IMG/VR virus record: IMGVR_UViG_3300020477_000990
Location: 248,001 to 312,000 of that record
DNA length: 64,000 bases
Direction: 5' to 3' (one strand)
The notes beneath the pieces are model-generated. The model was not told where the DNA came from. It worked only from the letters and a program-made list of their open reading frames with translations, and did not search any database. Numbering within the stretch: position 1 is the stretch's first letter; each line of letters starts with the position of its first letter. Positions 45,889 through 55,589 of the stretch are shown one piece after another. The position numbers and the translations under genes are program-made.

Positions 45889-47171
45889 TGGACAATCAAG
45901 CATGGAAGAAACGTGATTGGGATTGGCACAAAACAATCACTAAAAAATGTGTAGCACCTTGGCATAGTTTAACTATCGAATGGGATGGTGAAGTATATGC
46001 TGATGCTGTGGCGTTTAAACCATATGGAAGTATATATGAAAATACTTTAACTGAATTATGGAATTCTCCAAAAGCAGTTAATCTTCGTAAATCATGGAGC
46101 AAAGGATTGCCAGATAATATAATATGTGCTAGTTGTATAAAGAAAGAAGAAACAGTAGGTAGTTCTAGACGACAATACTTTTATAGAAATTTGCCATCTG
46201 AATTATTAAAAACAGCAACATATGATCCAGAGCAAAAACCTAATATATGGTATTTAGAAATTAACTCATCAAATAAATGTAATTTAAAATGTAGAATGTG
46301 TAATGGGCAAGTTTCAAGTACTTGGATTAAAGAAGAAACACAATTAGCAAAAATATCTCCTAGTTGGATGCCAAAAAGAAAAAATGGAAAATACTCTAGA
46401 GTTGATTTTGATGTTATTAAAAATGTTTTAGAAAAAAGAGAATATTTTAAAGATTTGCAATTTTTAAAGTTAACAGGCGGTGAGCCATTAATGGAAGAAC
46501 AAAATTATCAATTAATGGAACAATTTATTGAATGGGATATTGCAAAAAATGTTATGCTTGATATTAACACTAACGGAACATTTATGAATGAAAGATTAAT
46601 AAACATTGCTAAACATTTTAAATTAGTTAAGTTACATATAAGTTTAGAAGGAACAGGAGAGTTATATCAATATATACGTGGTGGAGAAAACTTTACTTTA
46701 GATCAATTAGAAACAAATATAATTGAATTCAACAAGTTACCAAATACAGTAATAATTTATACTGTTACAGTACAAATATATAATATTTTTAATTTATCAG
46801 ATATATGGAATTGGTATTTAAAAATAAGAAAACCAACTAATGAAATTTATTTTAAAAATGTTGTAGTTAATCCTCCACATTTAAATTTTCAAATATTACC
46901 TAATAGTTTAAAGTTAGAAGCATATGAAATAATGAAACAAGCAGATTTACCACAAGGTGAGTATTGGGAATTAGATGATTTTAGTCAAGGTGATATAGGA
47001 TTTAGCAATATTATGAAGAATTTACAGAATCTAAATACATATAACGAGCAACGTTTAAAAGAGTTTGTCCAGTTTACACGTGATATTGATACTATAAGAA
47101 AAACGGATATTAAAAAAATTGTCCCGCAATTAGCAGGATTATTTGAGGAAGTATATGAAGCAAGAGCCTAA
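45888..47171 (+). CDS. radical SAM enzyme, subfamily B
   Basis: CVAPW, CASC, CNLKCRMC, TGGEPL, INTNGT, SLEG...YIRG. Confidence 0.87.
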   Translation: MDNQAWKKRDWDWHKTITKKCVAPWHSLTIEWDGEVYADAVAFKPYGSIYENTLTELWNSPKAVNLRKSWSKGLPDNIICASCIKKEETVGSSRRQYFYRNLPSELLKTATYDPEQKPNIWYLEINSSNKCNLKCRMCNGQVSSTWIKEETQLAKISPSWMPKRKNGKYSRVDFDVIKNVLEKREYFKDLQFLKLTGGEPLMEEQNYQLMEQFIEWDIAKNVMLDINTNGTFMNERLINIAKHFKLVKLHISLEGTGELYQYIRGGENFTLDQLETNIIEFNKLPNTVIIYTVTVQIYNIFNLSDIWNWYLKIRKPTNEIYFKNVVVNPPHLNFQILPNSLKLEAYEIMKQADLPQGEYWELDDFSQGDIGFSNIMKNLQNLNTYNEQRLKEFVQFTRDIDTIRKTDIKKIVPQLAGLFEEVYEARA

Positions 47172-48372
47172 AACATTTTGTATTTTGCCATGGATGCATT
47201 TAGCAACAAATTCTAGTGGAAATTATAGAGTATGTTGTAATTCAACTCCAGGTAAAAATTTTATTTTAGATAAAAATGGTGAGCCTTATAAAATTTATAA
47301 AGCTGATATTAAAGAAATGTGGAACTCTGAAACATATAGAAATTTACGTTTGCAACTACTTAAAGAAGAATATCCAGATATGTGTCAACGTTGCTGGAGA
47401 GAAGAAGCAAGTGATATTAAATCTGCTCGTCAAAGTTTTAACGAAGCATATTCACATTTTATTGATGGAGCATTATCAAATACAGATATAGAAGGTAAAG
47501 CACCATTAAAAGTAGGGTATGTTGATTTACGTTTAGGAAACTTATGTAATTTAAAATGTCGTATGTGTAATCCATGGGCAAGTAACCAATGGACTAAAGA
47601 ATGGAATAAAACAACATCATATGATGGTAAAGATATACCAGAAGATGAACGTACGAGATTAGAGCATATGGATTGGCCCACAAATGAAAAAACGTGGGAA
47701 AACTTAATGCCAATTATAGATTCAGTAGAAGAAATTTACTTAACAGGTGGAGAACCTACATTAGCATTAGAACAATATAAGTTATTTGATAAATGTATTG
47801 AATTAGACAAAGCAAAAGATATTGTATTAAAGTATAATACTAATTTAACTAATATACCACCTAAAATGATTGAGTATTGGAAAAACTTTAAAAAGATTAA
47901 GATTAATGCTTCAATAGATGGGTTTGATGAGCTTAATAGATATATTAGGTATCCAACAAATTGGAAGTCAGTTGATAAAAATCTTAAAATATTTCATGAA
48001 ATAGAAAAAGAAGGTAAAATGAGAGTGCAGATTCATACTACTGTACAATTATATAATATACTTGATATAACAGATTTATTTGAATATGTTGATCAGTTTG
48101 GTTATTTTCCGTATTTAAATATATTAGATCATCCAGATTACTTAAATGTAAGAGTGTTGCCATTGCACCTTAAAGAATGTGTAGCAGAAGAATTACAAAA
48201 GTATATTGATAAGCCAAAAGTAAAAGGGTTAATAACTTATATGATGGACGAAGATTGGTCACAGCATACAGATAAATTTATTGAATATACTAATTGGCTA
48301 GATAAATCACGTAAGCAAAATGTTCTTGATATTGTTCCTGGATTAGAAGACATAATAAATTTAAAAAAATAA
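47155..48372 (+). CDS. radical SAM enzyme, subfamily B
   Basis: ATG at 47155 after GAGGA; FCILPW...RVCC, CQRC, CNLKCRMC, TGGEP, YNTN, SIDG. Confidence 0.88.
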   Translation: MKQEPKTFCILPWMHLATNSSGNYRVCCNSTPGKNFILDKNGEPYKIYKADIKEMWNSETYRNLRLQLLKEEYPDMCQRCWREEASDIKSARQSFNEAYSHFIDGALSNTDIEGKAPLKVGYVDLRLGNLCNLKCRMCNPWASNQWTKEWNKTTSYDGKDIPEDERTRLEHMDWPTNEKTWENLMPIIDSVEEIYLTGGEPTLALEQYKLFDKCIELDKAKDIVLKYNTNLTNIPPKMIEYWKNFKKIKINASIDGFDELNRYIRYPTNWKSVDKNLKIFHEIEKEGKMRVQIHTTVQLYNILDITDLFEYVDQFGYFPYLNILDHPDYLNVRVLPLHLKECVAEELQKYIDKPKVKGLITYMMDEDWSQHTDKFIEYTNWLDKSRKQNVLDIVPGLEDIINLKK

Positions 48373-48373
48373 C

Positions 48374-48401
48374 TTGACAATATATAGTATCATGCTATTA
48401 T
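48374..48401 (+). promoter_or_regulatory. sigma70-type promoter TTGACA-N16-TATTAT (TGn)
   Basis: direct motif match. Confidence 0.7.
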
Positions 48402-48435
48402 AAAAACACATTAACAATTTAACAAGAGAGGTTAT

Positions 48436-48657
48436 ATGTTCAAATACTTTGTAAAACATTTTAGCCAAGCATTATTGTTTTTATTAGCAATAGTTGGCTT
48501 TGCATGGCTTGGAGTTGAAATTGGCAAATTTGTAGGTGGCCAATTACAAAACGAATCATATACACATATTGTTTCTATTGGATTTATATTTTTAGTAGGA
48601 ATAGTATATTATGCATATGGTCAAGCAAAGATTGATATAAAATATCAATCCAAATAA
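48436..48657 (+). CDS. small two-TM membrane protein
   Basis: two hydrophobic helices; GAGG SD. Confidence 0.65.
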   Translation: MFKYFVKHFSQALLFLLAIVGFAWLGVEIGKFVGGQLQNESYTHIVSIGFIFLVGIVYYAYGQAKIDIKYQSK

Positions 48658-48663
48658 GGCTTT

Positions 48664-48738
48664 GACCCCTTCGTCTATCGGTTAGGACATCAGGTTTTCA
48701 TCCTGAAAAGAGGAGTTCGATTCTCCTAGGGGTCGCCA
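48664..48738 (+). tRNA. tRNA-Glu(TTC)
   Basis: GACCCCT/AGGGGTC acceptor, TCAGG-ttttcat-CCTGA, CCA. Confidence 0.95.
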
Positions 48739-48762
48739 GATAAATAAAATAAAAGGAAAAAA

Positions 48763-51357
48763 ATGTTTGATTATTTAATTGAAAAAATTAATAATAGTAA
48801 GAAATCTAAAGAACTAGATAGTGTAGTTGACGCATTTACATTTGATAATTTTTTTACAAATCAACATTATAGTAAGTTATCAAAAGATGCTGATAGTTTT
48901 AAAGAATTTGTTCAGGAAGATTCTCCTATTGAAGGTAAAGACCCATCAGTAATATCACTAAATGATTTAACTAACTTAAACAAAGATGATACTTGGTTTT
49001 ACGATCAATTAATTAAAACAGTTAAAAGTCAAAGTTTTAAACGTGCAATTTTAACAAAAGCTGGATTTGATAATAGTGAAGCTGTAAAGTTATCACAATT
49101 AATTGAGTCTACAGCAACTTTTCATACTGATTATACACACCAATCTGATAATAGGCATACTGATCAAAAAAATAATTTTATTAGTATAACATTACAAATA
49201 TATTTGCCAGATAATAATAGTAATAAAAATTATGGAACAGAATTTTATAATAGAAATAATGAAAAAATTTATCAGACTGACTTTTCCCCAAATACTGGAT
49301 ATCTTTTGGTATCAAATAATAATTCGTGGCATAAATCAATAAATGGAGTTTATAGGAAATCAATATTATTTAGATACTATGTTCCTTTTGATTTATATTT
49401 TTCTAGAGAGCATAGTTATCTAGAAAATGAAATGCCGTTGCCAGCTATTTTTAATAGAAATAAACAAAACAATACTTGTTGTATAGTTTGGAATAAAGAT
49501 ATGGGAGTGCCTACTAAAATTACTGATTGGTTTGCAAATATGACGTTTCGTAATTGTATAGATCTTAGGCTTCAAAATTTAATAGTATTAAATAATCCGT
49601 TTAAATATGATATAGAGGCGTTGTCTATATTAAAAGAAATACATAATTTTAAGAAAGCATTTATATTTTTTGGTGGCTTTGTATGGAAAAATAAAGACAT
49701 ATATGAATATGCTGTAAATTTAGATATGAAAGATAATGTTATAGCAGGATTATTAGATGAAGATCAATTTTTGAGGCAATGTGTTATTATTAATTTAGAT
49801 AAGTTAGATGAAATAAATGAAGATGATGCACATGGTGATGGTGGATTTTTTGAAAGGTTTATTGGAAAGCATATTAGTTTAGAAGATATGTGGTTGCCGA
49901 GAACATACTATCACCCAGAAGTTGAAGAAAATCAGATAGTTATAAAATGCTTGTATAATTCAAATGAAATTTCTAATTTTCCTAAATTAGAATATATTAA
50001 AAAATATCAAACTAAAACAACAATACAAGAATATAAAAATGCATTGCAAAAGATAAGTTATGAGGGATACCCCGACGATTTTTCTTATATTGATAATCAA
50101 ATAGATAATGCTAAACCAATAAATGAGTTACAAGGAACAACTAAAGCATTCACATTAGATAATTTTTTTAATGATATTGATTATAAGAAAATATCACAAG
50201 ATGTTATTGATTATATACATTATACTAAAGAAGATGCTCCTATTGAAGGTGAAGAACCGTCAATTATTACTTTTGACAGGTTAGAAAAACAAGATTCATT
50301 TTATAAAAATCTTTGGGCATATTTTAATACACGAAAAATGAAAAGAAAAATTTTAGAAAAATTTGGTTATGGATCTGATATAGAAGAGCTTTTACAATGT
50401 ATGCACCATTCAATATGTTTTCATACAGAATATCCACATCAAATTGATAATGTGCATTCTGATCAGAAATTTACATTATCAACTTTTACATTACAAGTAT
50501 ATTTGCCACAAGATGATAGTATTAAAGAATATGGAACACAATTTGTAAACAATAATGATGATATTATTTTTCATAAACAATTTGTGCCAAATCAAGGGTA
50601 CATGATGGAGTCGAATAATAATTCTTGGCATAAACCAAAAATGGGGGCTGAACGAAAGTCTTTAATAGTTAGGTATCTTATTGAAATTGATTATGAAAAG
50701 GTAAAAAGAGTCTTTAATTATAATAAAGATAATGATACTTGTTATATTATATGGAATAAATCATATAATAAAGTTCATACTAAAATTACTGATTGGTTTA
50801 CAATAGCATCATTGCAGAATGCACAAGAACAAAATATTGAAAATATAGTAGCTACATCAAACATTACTAACACATTGAAGTATTTGCAAAAGCAAGGGTA
50901 TAAAAATGTTGTAGTATGTTATGGTGGGCATATTTTTAGTGATAATAAGATACAACAATATGCTATTTCAATAGAAAATGTTATTGTACAAGATTTAGGA
51001 AAAATTATTGGTAGTAACGTAAGTTATTATGAACCAAAAGCAAGTGCTTCTGCAGAATTGCTTGGGTATATACAACGTAATAAAAGTGTAGAGTATGTGC
51101 AGAGTGAATACCCTGAATTAGCTAAACAGCTACAATACATTAAATCTTATAGAAATAATTACAGTTCTTTTAACAAAATATCAAAATCTATTATTCCTAA
51201 AACTTTTCTTTATTGCAATGATTGTCAAAAACAAACAATTCATCTTGATACATATCCTAGTGGATTTTATTGTAATAGTTGTAAATGTTATAAACAAGAA
51301 GATCCAGGGGCATATCTTAGTCCAACTGATTATGTAGAGTCTGATTTTAAAGATTAA
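48763..51357 (+). CDS. tandemly duplicated [2OG-Fe(II) oxygenase + unknown/GT-like] protein with a C-terminal Zn ribbon
   Basis: two copies of F..DNFF...H(T/S)DQK...TLQ.YLP...SWHK...RKS and TC.I.WNK...KITDWF; CNDC/CNSC at the end. Confidence 0.7.
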   Translation: MFDYLIEKINNSKKSKELDSVVDAFTFDNFFTNQHYSKLSKDADSFKEFVQEDSPIEGKDPSVISLNDLTNLNKDDTWFYDQLIKTVKSQSFKRAILTKAGFDNSEAVKLSQLIESTATFHTDYTHQSDNRHTDQKNNFISITLQIYLPDNNSNKNYGTEFYNRNNEKIYQTDFSPNTGYLLVSNNNSWHKSINGVYRKSILFRYYVPFDLYFSREHSYLENEMPLPAIFNRNKQNNTCCIVWNKDMGVPTKITDWFANMTFRNCIDLRLQNLIVLNNPFKYDIEALSILKEIHNFKKAFIFFGGFVWKNKDIYEYAVNLDMKDNVIAGLLDEDQFLRQCVIINLDKLDEINEDDAHGDGGFFERFIGKHISLEDMWLPRTYYHPEVEENQIVIKCLYNSNEISNFPKLEYIKKYQTKTTIQEYKNALQKISYEGYPDDFSYIDNQIDNAKPINELQGTTKAFTLDNFFNDIDYKKISQDVIDYIHYTKEDAPIEGEEPSIITFDRLEKQDSFYKNLWAYFNTRKMKRKILEKFGYGSDIEELLQCMHHSICFHTEYPHQIDNVHSDQKFTLSTFTLQVYLPQDDSIKEYGTQFVNNNDDIIFHKQFVPNQGYMMESNNNSWHKPKMGAERKSLIVRYLIEIDYEKVKRVFNYNKDNDTCYIIWNKSYNKVHTKITDWFTIASLQNAQEQNIENIVATSNITNTLKYLQKQGYKNVVVCYGGHIFSDNKIQQYAISIENVIVQDLGKIIGSNVSYYEPKASASAELLGYIQRNKSVEYVQSEYPELAKQLQYIKSYRNNYSSFNKISKSIIPKTFLYCNDCQKQTIHLDTYPSGFYCNSCKCYKQEDPGAYLSPTDYVESDFKD

Positions 51358-51444
51358 TCTAGTTTTACTACTATAAAATACATACTTAATTTTTTACAAA
51401 AAAATTGTAAATAATAGTAGCAGAGAATAAGGTAGAACTAGTTC

Positions 51445-52395
51445 ATGAAATTTCTAAAAATTATTATATTAATGGTACTCTTAGGTGTGGCTCCAATAGC
51501 ACTTGCAGACACAACTAATTCAGGTTCTACTACAAACTCTCAAACAAATGCATCAGGGTCCAACACTACAATTTCAGGCGGATATTCTGCTGAAACTACC
51601 AATACATATCAGTCTGGATCGTCAAATAACACTACTACCAACAATGATACCACTAATACAACTAATAATAAAAATACAATTCCGGTTCCATCAGCTGGTG
51701 CACCGTCAATGAGTGCATATTCACAAGATGTTTGTGCTGTTGGAAAATCAGGTGGTATCCAACTACCGGGTGTTGGAGTCTCTGGTGGTGCTACATCACG
51801 TGATATGAATTGTGAACGTATGAAACTTTCTAAATTATTAAATGATTATGGTATGAAGGTTGCCGCGGTAGCAATACTATGTCAAGATCCAAGAGTATTT
51901 GAAGCAATGGAACAAGCTGGTACTCCATGTCCATTTGAAGGTAAAATTGGTAAAGAAGCAATGGATCAATGGAACAAATATGATATTGAAAGACCAGATT
52001 ATAAAAAATATGTAGATAAAATGGATGATCGTTTAGAAATTGATGAACGTATTATGAAAGAAGAAGGTATTTTAGAAGAAAACGAATCATTAAAAACTGA
52101 TATCAAACAAATTGCAAAAGATAATAAGAAGTTGCAAAAAGAAATTTTAAAGTTACAAAAAATGCAGGTTGAGTTACTTAAAGCGGCAGAAGAAGAAGCT
52201 AAAGCGGCAGAAGAAGCTCTAAAAGAACAAATGGTTAAAGAAAGAGATCCAGTAGAAGTACATACTGGTGATAATGTAACTGACCCAGCAGAACTTCCTA
52301 ATATAGAAGTAGTAGATGAAGAAGAAATAATTATTATTCCTTTACCAAAACCAGAACAAACAAATAGCGAAGAATTTAACGCCGCTGGGAAATAA
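51445..52395 (+). CDS. exported Cys-containing protein
   Basis: signal peptide, Thr/Asn linker, C...CERMKL...LCQDPRVF..M..AGTPCP core, coiled coil. Confidence 0.7.
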   Translation: MKFLKIIILMVLLGVAPIALADTTNSGSTTNSQTNASGSNTTISGGYSAETTNTYQSGSSNNTTTNNDTTNTTNNKNTIPVPSAGAPSMSAYSQDVCAVGKSGGIQLPGVGVSGGATSRDMNCERMKLSKLLNDYGMKVAAVAILCQDPRVFEAMEQAGTPCPFEGKIGKEAMDQWNKYDIERPDYKKYVDKMDDRLEIDERIMKEEGILEENESLKTDIKQIAKDNKKLQKEILKLQKMQVELLKAAEEEAKAAEEALKEQMVKERDPVEVHTGDNVTDPAELPNIEVVDEEEIIIIPLPKPEQTNSEEFNAAGK

Positions 52396-52398
52396 TAT

Positions 52399-54225
52399 AT
52401 GAGAGTGTTTATTTCAACACTCCTGCTAACATTGGCATTGGTGTTATTTTCTACAAACGTAGGTGGCGAAACTGCTACATCAGGAAACTTGCTACCAAAC
52501 AGCACAGGTTGTAATCAAGTTTATGATGATAATAGTGCAGGTGTGCCAGGAGTAGGTTGTTCAGGTACCGCCAATAGTGGTTTAGAATCAGGTGACACAA
52601 CCGGTCAAGGTTTTGATGTAAGATCAGGTACAGGTCATGATTGGGGTACAGCAGGAACTCAAGACATAGAAGCAGATGGTAATATCACAATAGGTGATTC
52701 AGGATCTCTAGAAAATATCACAGTAACAAAACAAAACGGTGGAACTACTACAACAGATACAGATATGCTAGATGGTGGTGTTACACTAAAGTCAACCACA
52801 GAAACGCAAAACTGTGAATGGACAGGATCAAGTTATCAATGTGGACAAGCACGTTCAGGCAGAGACACATTCACAGTCAGAGTACAGATCAAAGATGCTA
52901 GTGGTAACGTGTTGGCCACAGTAGAACAACAAAGGAACACAGATGCTGGTTATTATGGTAATACAGCCGTACACGAAGACACAGTAATTTATACAGGAGA
53001 AGGCTCAAGAAGTTTTGACTGGCAATGGACAGGTACAGACGGTAACAGTCCGAATGCTACTAGTAATCTTAGAGGACCAAACTTGATAGGTGCGGCATTA
53101 GAAATGACACTAGCAGATATAGATTATTCTCCACAACCACCCATATCAGAAGAAACACAAGAAGAAATTGAAGAAGCAGAAGAAACTGTAGAAGAAGTAG
53201 AGCAAATAATTGAAACGTTACCAATTGAGGAAGTAATAAATGAAGTAGAAGAAGTTAATGTGGAAGAACCAACAGTAGAAATTACAGAACCTACAATTGA
53301 AGAACCAACAGTAGAAATTACAGAAGAAGTATTTCAAGAATCGTTTGAAGAAAACTTTACGGCAGTACTTGAAGAAGAAGGTTTAACAGAAGAATTTGAA
53401 CAAGCATTAGAAGAAGAAGGTATTACTGAAGAACAGTTTTTTGAATCTGTAACAGAAATGATAACAGAAGAATTTGCAACACCTACAGAAGAAGAGCCAA
53501 CAGTAGAAGAGCCAACAGTAGAAGAAGAGCCAACAGTAGAAGAAGAAACAGTAAATACTACTGAAGAAACAGTAGAAACAGAAACTACTACAGAAACAGA
53601 AACTACTACAGAAACAGAAACTACTGAAAATGAAACTAATACTGAGACATCAACAGAATCAGAGCAAACTGAAACGGAAACAGAAAGCACAGAGAGTGAG
53701 ACCGAGTCTAGCGAAACTGAAGAAACTGAAAATACTGAACAAGAAGAGTCCACTAGTAATGAAGAAGAGTCGGTGGACGAAAGTAATGAAGAAGCATCCA
53801 CTGATGAACAAGATGGTGCAGATGCAAGTGTTGATGGAACTGACGTAGATTCTGGTGTTAGTGAATTAAGCAAAAAAGTTGCAAACATAATTAAAAAATT
53901 AGAATCAAAATTAAAAACTCTTGATCAAAAATTAAAAGTTATATCAATGGTAACAGCACAGGCAATGGTTGAAGATCAGCCAGATATGTCTGAGTATACT
54001 GAACAACAATTTTATGATACAAGAAAATTAGCTGATAATCCTGATTGGTATGCAGAAGATACAATTTTAGCGGCATATGGTAGATCAATATATCAAGATA
54101 AAACATTATCAGCTTATCAAATTAATGATCCGGTGTTTCAACACCAGGAAGAGGTAAATAGAGTAAATGAGAATATTAGTAGGCTGGAAGCCGAACTAGA
54201 GGTATTAAGAAATGAACGTAATTAA
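52399..54225 (+). CDS. exported protein with a beta-rich N-domain, long acidic Glu/Thr repeat linker and C-terminal coiled coil
   Basis: signal peptide; EPTVEE and TETETT repeats. Confidence 0.7.
   Translation: MRVFISTLLLTLALVLFSTNVGGETATSGNLLPNSTGCNQVYDDNSAGVPGVGCSGTANSGLESGDTTGQGFDVRSGTGHDWGTAGTQDIEADGNITIGDSGSLENITVTKQNGGTTTTDTDMLDGGVTLKSTTETQNCEWTGSSYQCGQARSGRDTFTVRVQIKDASGNVLATVEQQRNTDAGYYGNTAVHEDTVIYTGEGSRSFDWQWTGTDGNSPNATSNLRGPNLIGAALEMTLADIDYSPQPPISEETQEEIEEAEETVEEVEQIIETLPIEEVINEVEEVNVEEPTVEITEPTIEEPTVEITEEVFQESFEENFTAVLEEEGLTEEFEQALEEEGITEEQFFESVTEMITEEFATPTEEEPTVEEPTVEEEPTVEEETVNTTEETVETETTTETETTTETETTENETNTETSTESEQTETETESTESETESSETEETENTEQEESTSNEEESVDESNEEASTDEQDGADASVDGTDVDSGVSELSKKVANIIKKLESKLKTLDQKLKVISMVTAQAMVEDQPDMSEYTEQQFYDTRKLADNPDWYAEDTILAAYGRSIYQDKTLSAYQINDPVFQHQEEVNRVNENISRLEAELEVLRNERN
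53263..53625 (+). repeat. in-frame coding repeats
   Basis: 27-bp GAAGAACCAACAGTAGAAATTACAGAA x2 (53263, 53299); 15-bp GAAGAGCCAACAGTA x3 (53491-53538); 18-bp GAAACAGAAACTACTACA x~3 (53575-53625). Confidence 0.85.
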
Positions 54226-54592
54226 TAAACTTACACAATGGGGATCTTTAATCGGTGTTATTTGTGCTATCGGTGGTGGATTTTATGCTTGGGGTGAATT
54301 TAATACAAGATTAGCAAATATTGAAAGTAGACCAGTTGCTGACATGACATCTATAACTGAAGATGTAGCAAATTTAAAAGTAGATATGGTTGATAGAATT
54401 ACTGCTATTGAAGATAAACTTGAAGCACAATCAGATACAGAATTAGGTACAATCCAAGCCGACATTAGTGAAATAAAAGACTCACTAGTTAAAGCATTAA
54501 AAGATATCGAGATTCAAAGTAAAGTAAATGAATTGCAAGATCAAAAAATTGAACAAGTAAGATTAAAAGCAACAAATCCATTAGCAAATTAA
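54212..54592 (+). CDS. single-TM coiled-coil protein
   Basis: N-terminal TM WGSLIGVICAIGGGFYAWG, then heptads. Confidence 0.65.
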   Translation: MNVINKLTQWGSLIGVICAIGGGFYAWGEFNTRLANIESRPVADMTSITEDVANLKVDMVDRITAIEDKLEAQSDTELGTIQADISEIKDSLVKALKDIEIQSKVNELQDQKIEQVRLKATNPLAN

Positions 54593-55584
54593 ATTTCAGC
54601 GAATGTATGTTGTTTTTTTCCAAAGTGAGAACAACTCTTTTGACATCTTGACAAGAACATAGGATGGTTTTCATTCCAACTATCTTTTAGTATTTGTGAG
54701 AACCATTCATGATCTAATATATCTTGAATATCATGTTCAAGTGAATTATTCCAATTAGAACTATATTTAGAAAATTTTTCAGACATATCATCACGTTTGT
54801 ACCAATTATTATCATACAAATAACAACAAGGCCAAATTTGATAATTAGCACCAAAGTAAATTTCACCTTCATGTATTAGTTTACATTTTATATTTAAATT
54901 TTTAGTTTCGTTTTTAATTTCAGGATGTTGATATTTTTTATTTGTTAAAGATACTTTGTTTATAACTTCTTTAGTTTTTTTATTAACTACAGTATGCGTA
55001 CTTTCTTGTTTCATAGAATAACGTAGTGAAAATTTAAATCCAAGTTTAGTAGATAGTTGTTGTGCTTTTTCTATATCATCGATATTATGATCAAATGGAT
55101 TATAAACCCATTGTCCTTTGCCACCAGCATCAGAATATGCAGTCATATTTTCTACAAGTTTATTCCAATTAACACCAACTCTATAAATGTGATTTGTATT
55201 TTCAAAGCCATCTACACAAAAACGCATATCTAATTTTGGATTGTCTTTGCTAATTGCTCCTAGTTCTGCCCAATATTCTTTTGAACGCAATCCACCGTTA
55301 GTAGAAACAATTATAACCTTTGGATTCATAGATAATGTGTATTCACATATTTCTATAAATTCTTGATTTACTAATGGATCGCCTAAAACACCACAATAAA
55401 AAATTTCTTTGTTTTCTATATATTCTTTTGAGTGTAATACTTTTTTATAGTTTTCTAGAGTAATATCAGCTAATTCTACATCTGGGTTAGTTTCCCCTTT
55501 TAATGTTCTAGCACACCCAGGACATCTAGCATTACATCTAGTGGTTAATTCTACTTCTATTTTCTTAAGATTTTGTACGAGCAT
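54589..55584 (-). CDS. radical SAM enzyme with C-terminal SPASM/twitch domain (subfamily A)
   Basis: ELTTRCNARCPGC, YCGVLGDP, CVDG..TNHIYR, IKC...WPCC, CQKSC. Confidence 0.87.
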   Translation of the reverse strand: MLVQNLKKIEVELTTRCNARCPGCARTLKGETNPDVELADITLENYKKVLHSKEYIENKEIFYCGVLGDPLVNQEFIEICEYTLSMNPKVIIVSTNGGLRSKEYWAELGAISKDNPKLDMRFCVDGFENTNHIYRVGVNWNKLVENMTAYSDAGGKGQWVYNPFDHNIDDIEKAQQLSTKLGFKFSLRYSMKQESTHTVVNKKTKEVINKVSLTNKKYQHPEIKNETKNLNIKCKLIHEGEIYFGANYQIWPCCYLYDNNWYKRDDMSEKFSKYSSNWNNSLEHDIQDILDHEWFSQILKDSWNENHPMFLSRCQKSCSHFGKKQHTFAEI

Positions 55585-55589
55585 AGTAA

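Noticed and set aside
53263-53625. CRISPR array or DGR repeat
   Set aside because: The repeats are in-frame multiples of 3 inside a coding Glu/Thr tract with no unique spacers; no cas or reverse transcriptase gene is in the window.
2903-55584. One of the radical SAM proteins being QueE, NrdG or MoaA
   Set aside because: All carry SPASM/twitch-type extra Cys domains and lack the CDT (QueE) or C-terminal GG (MoaA) signatures; no NrdD is in the window.
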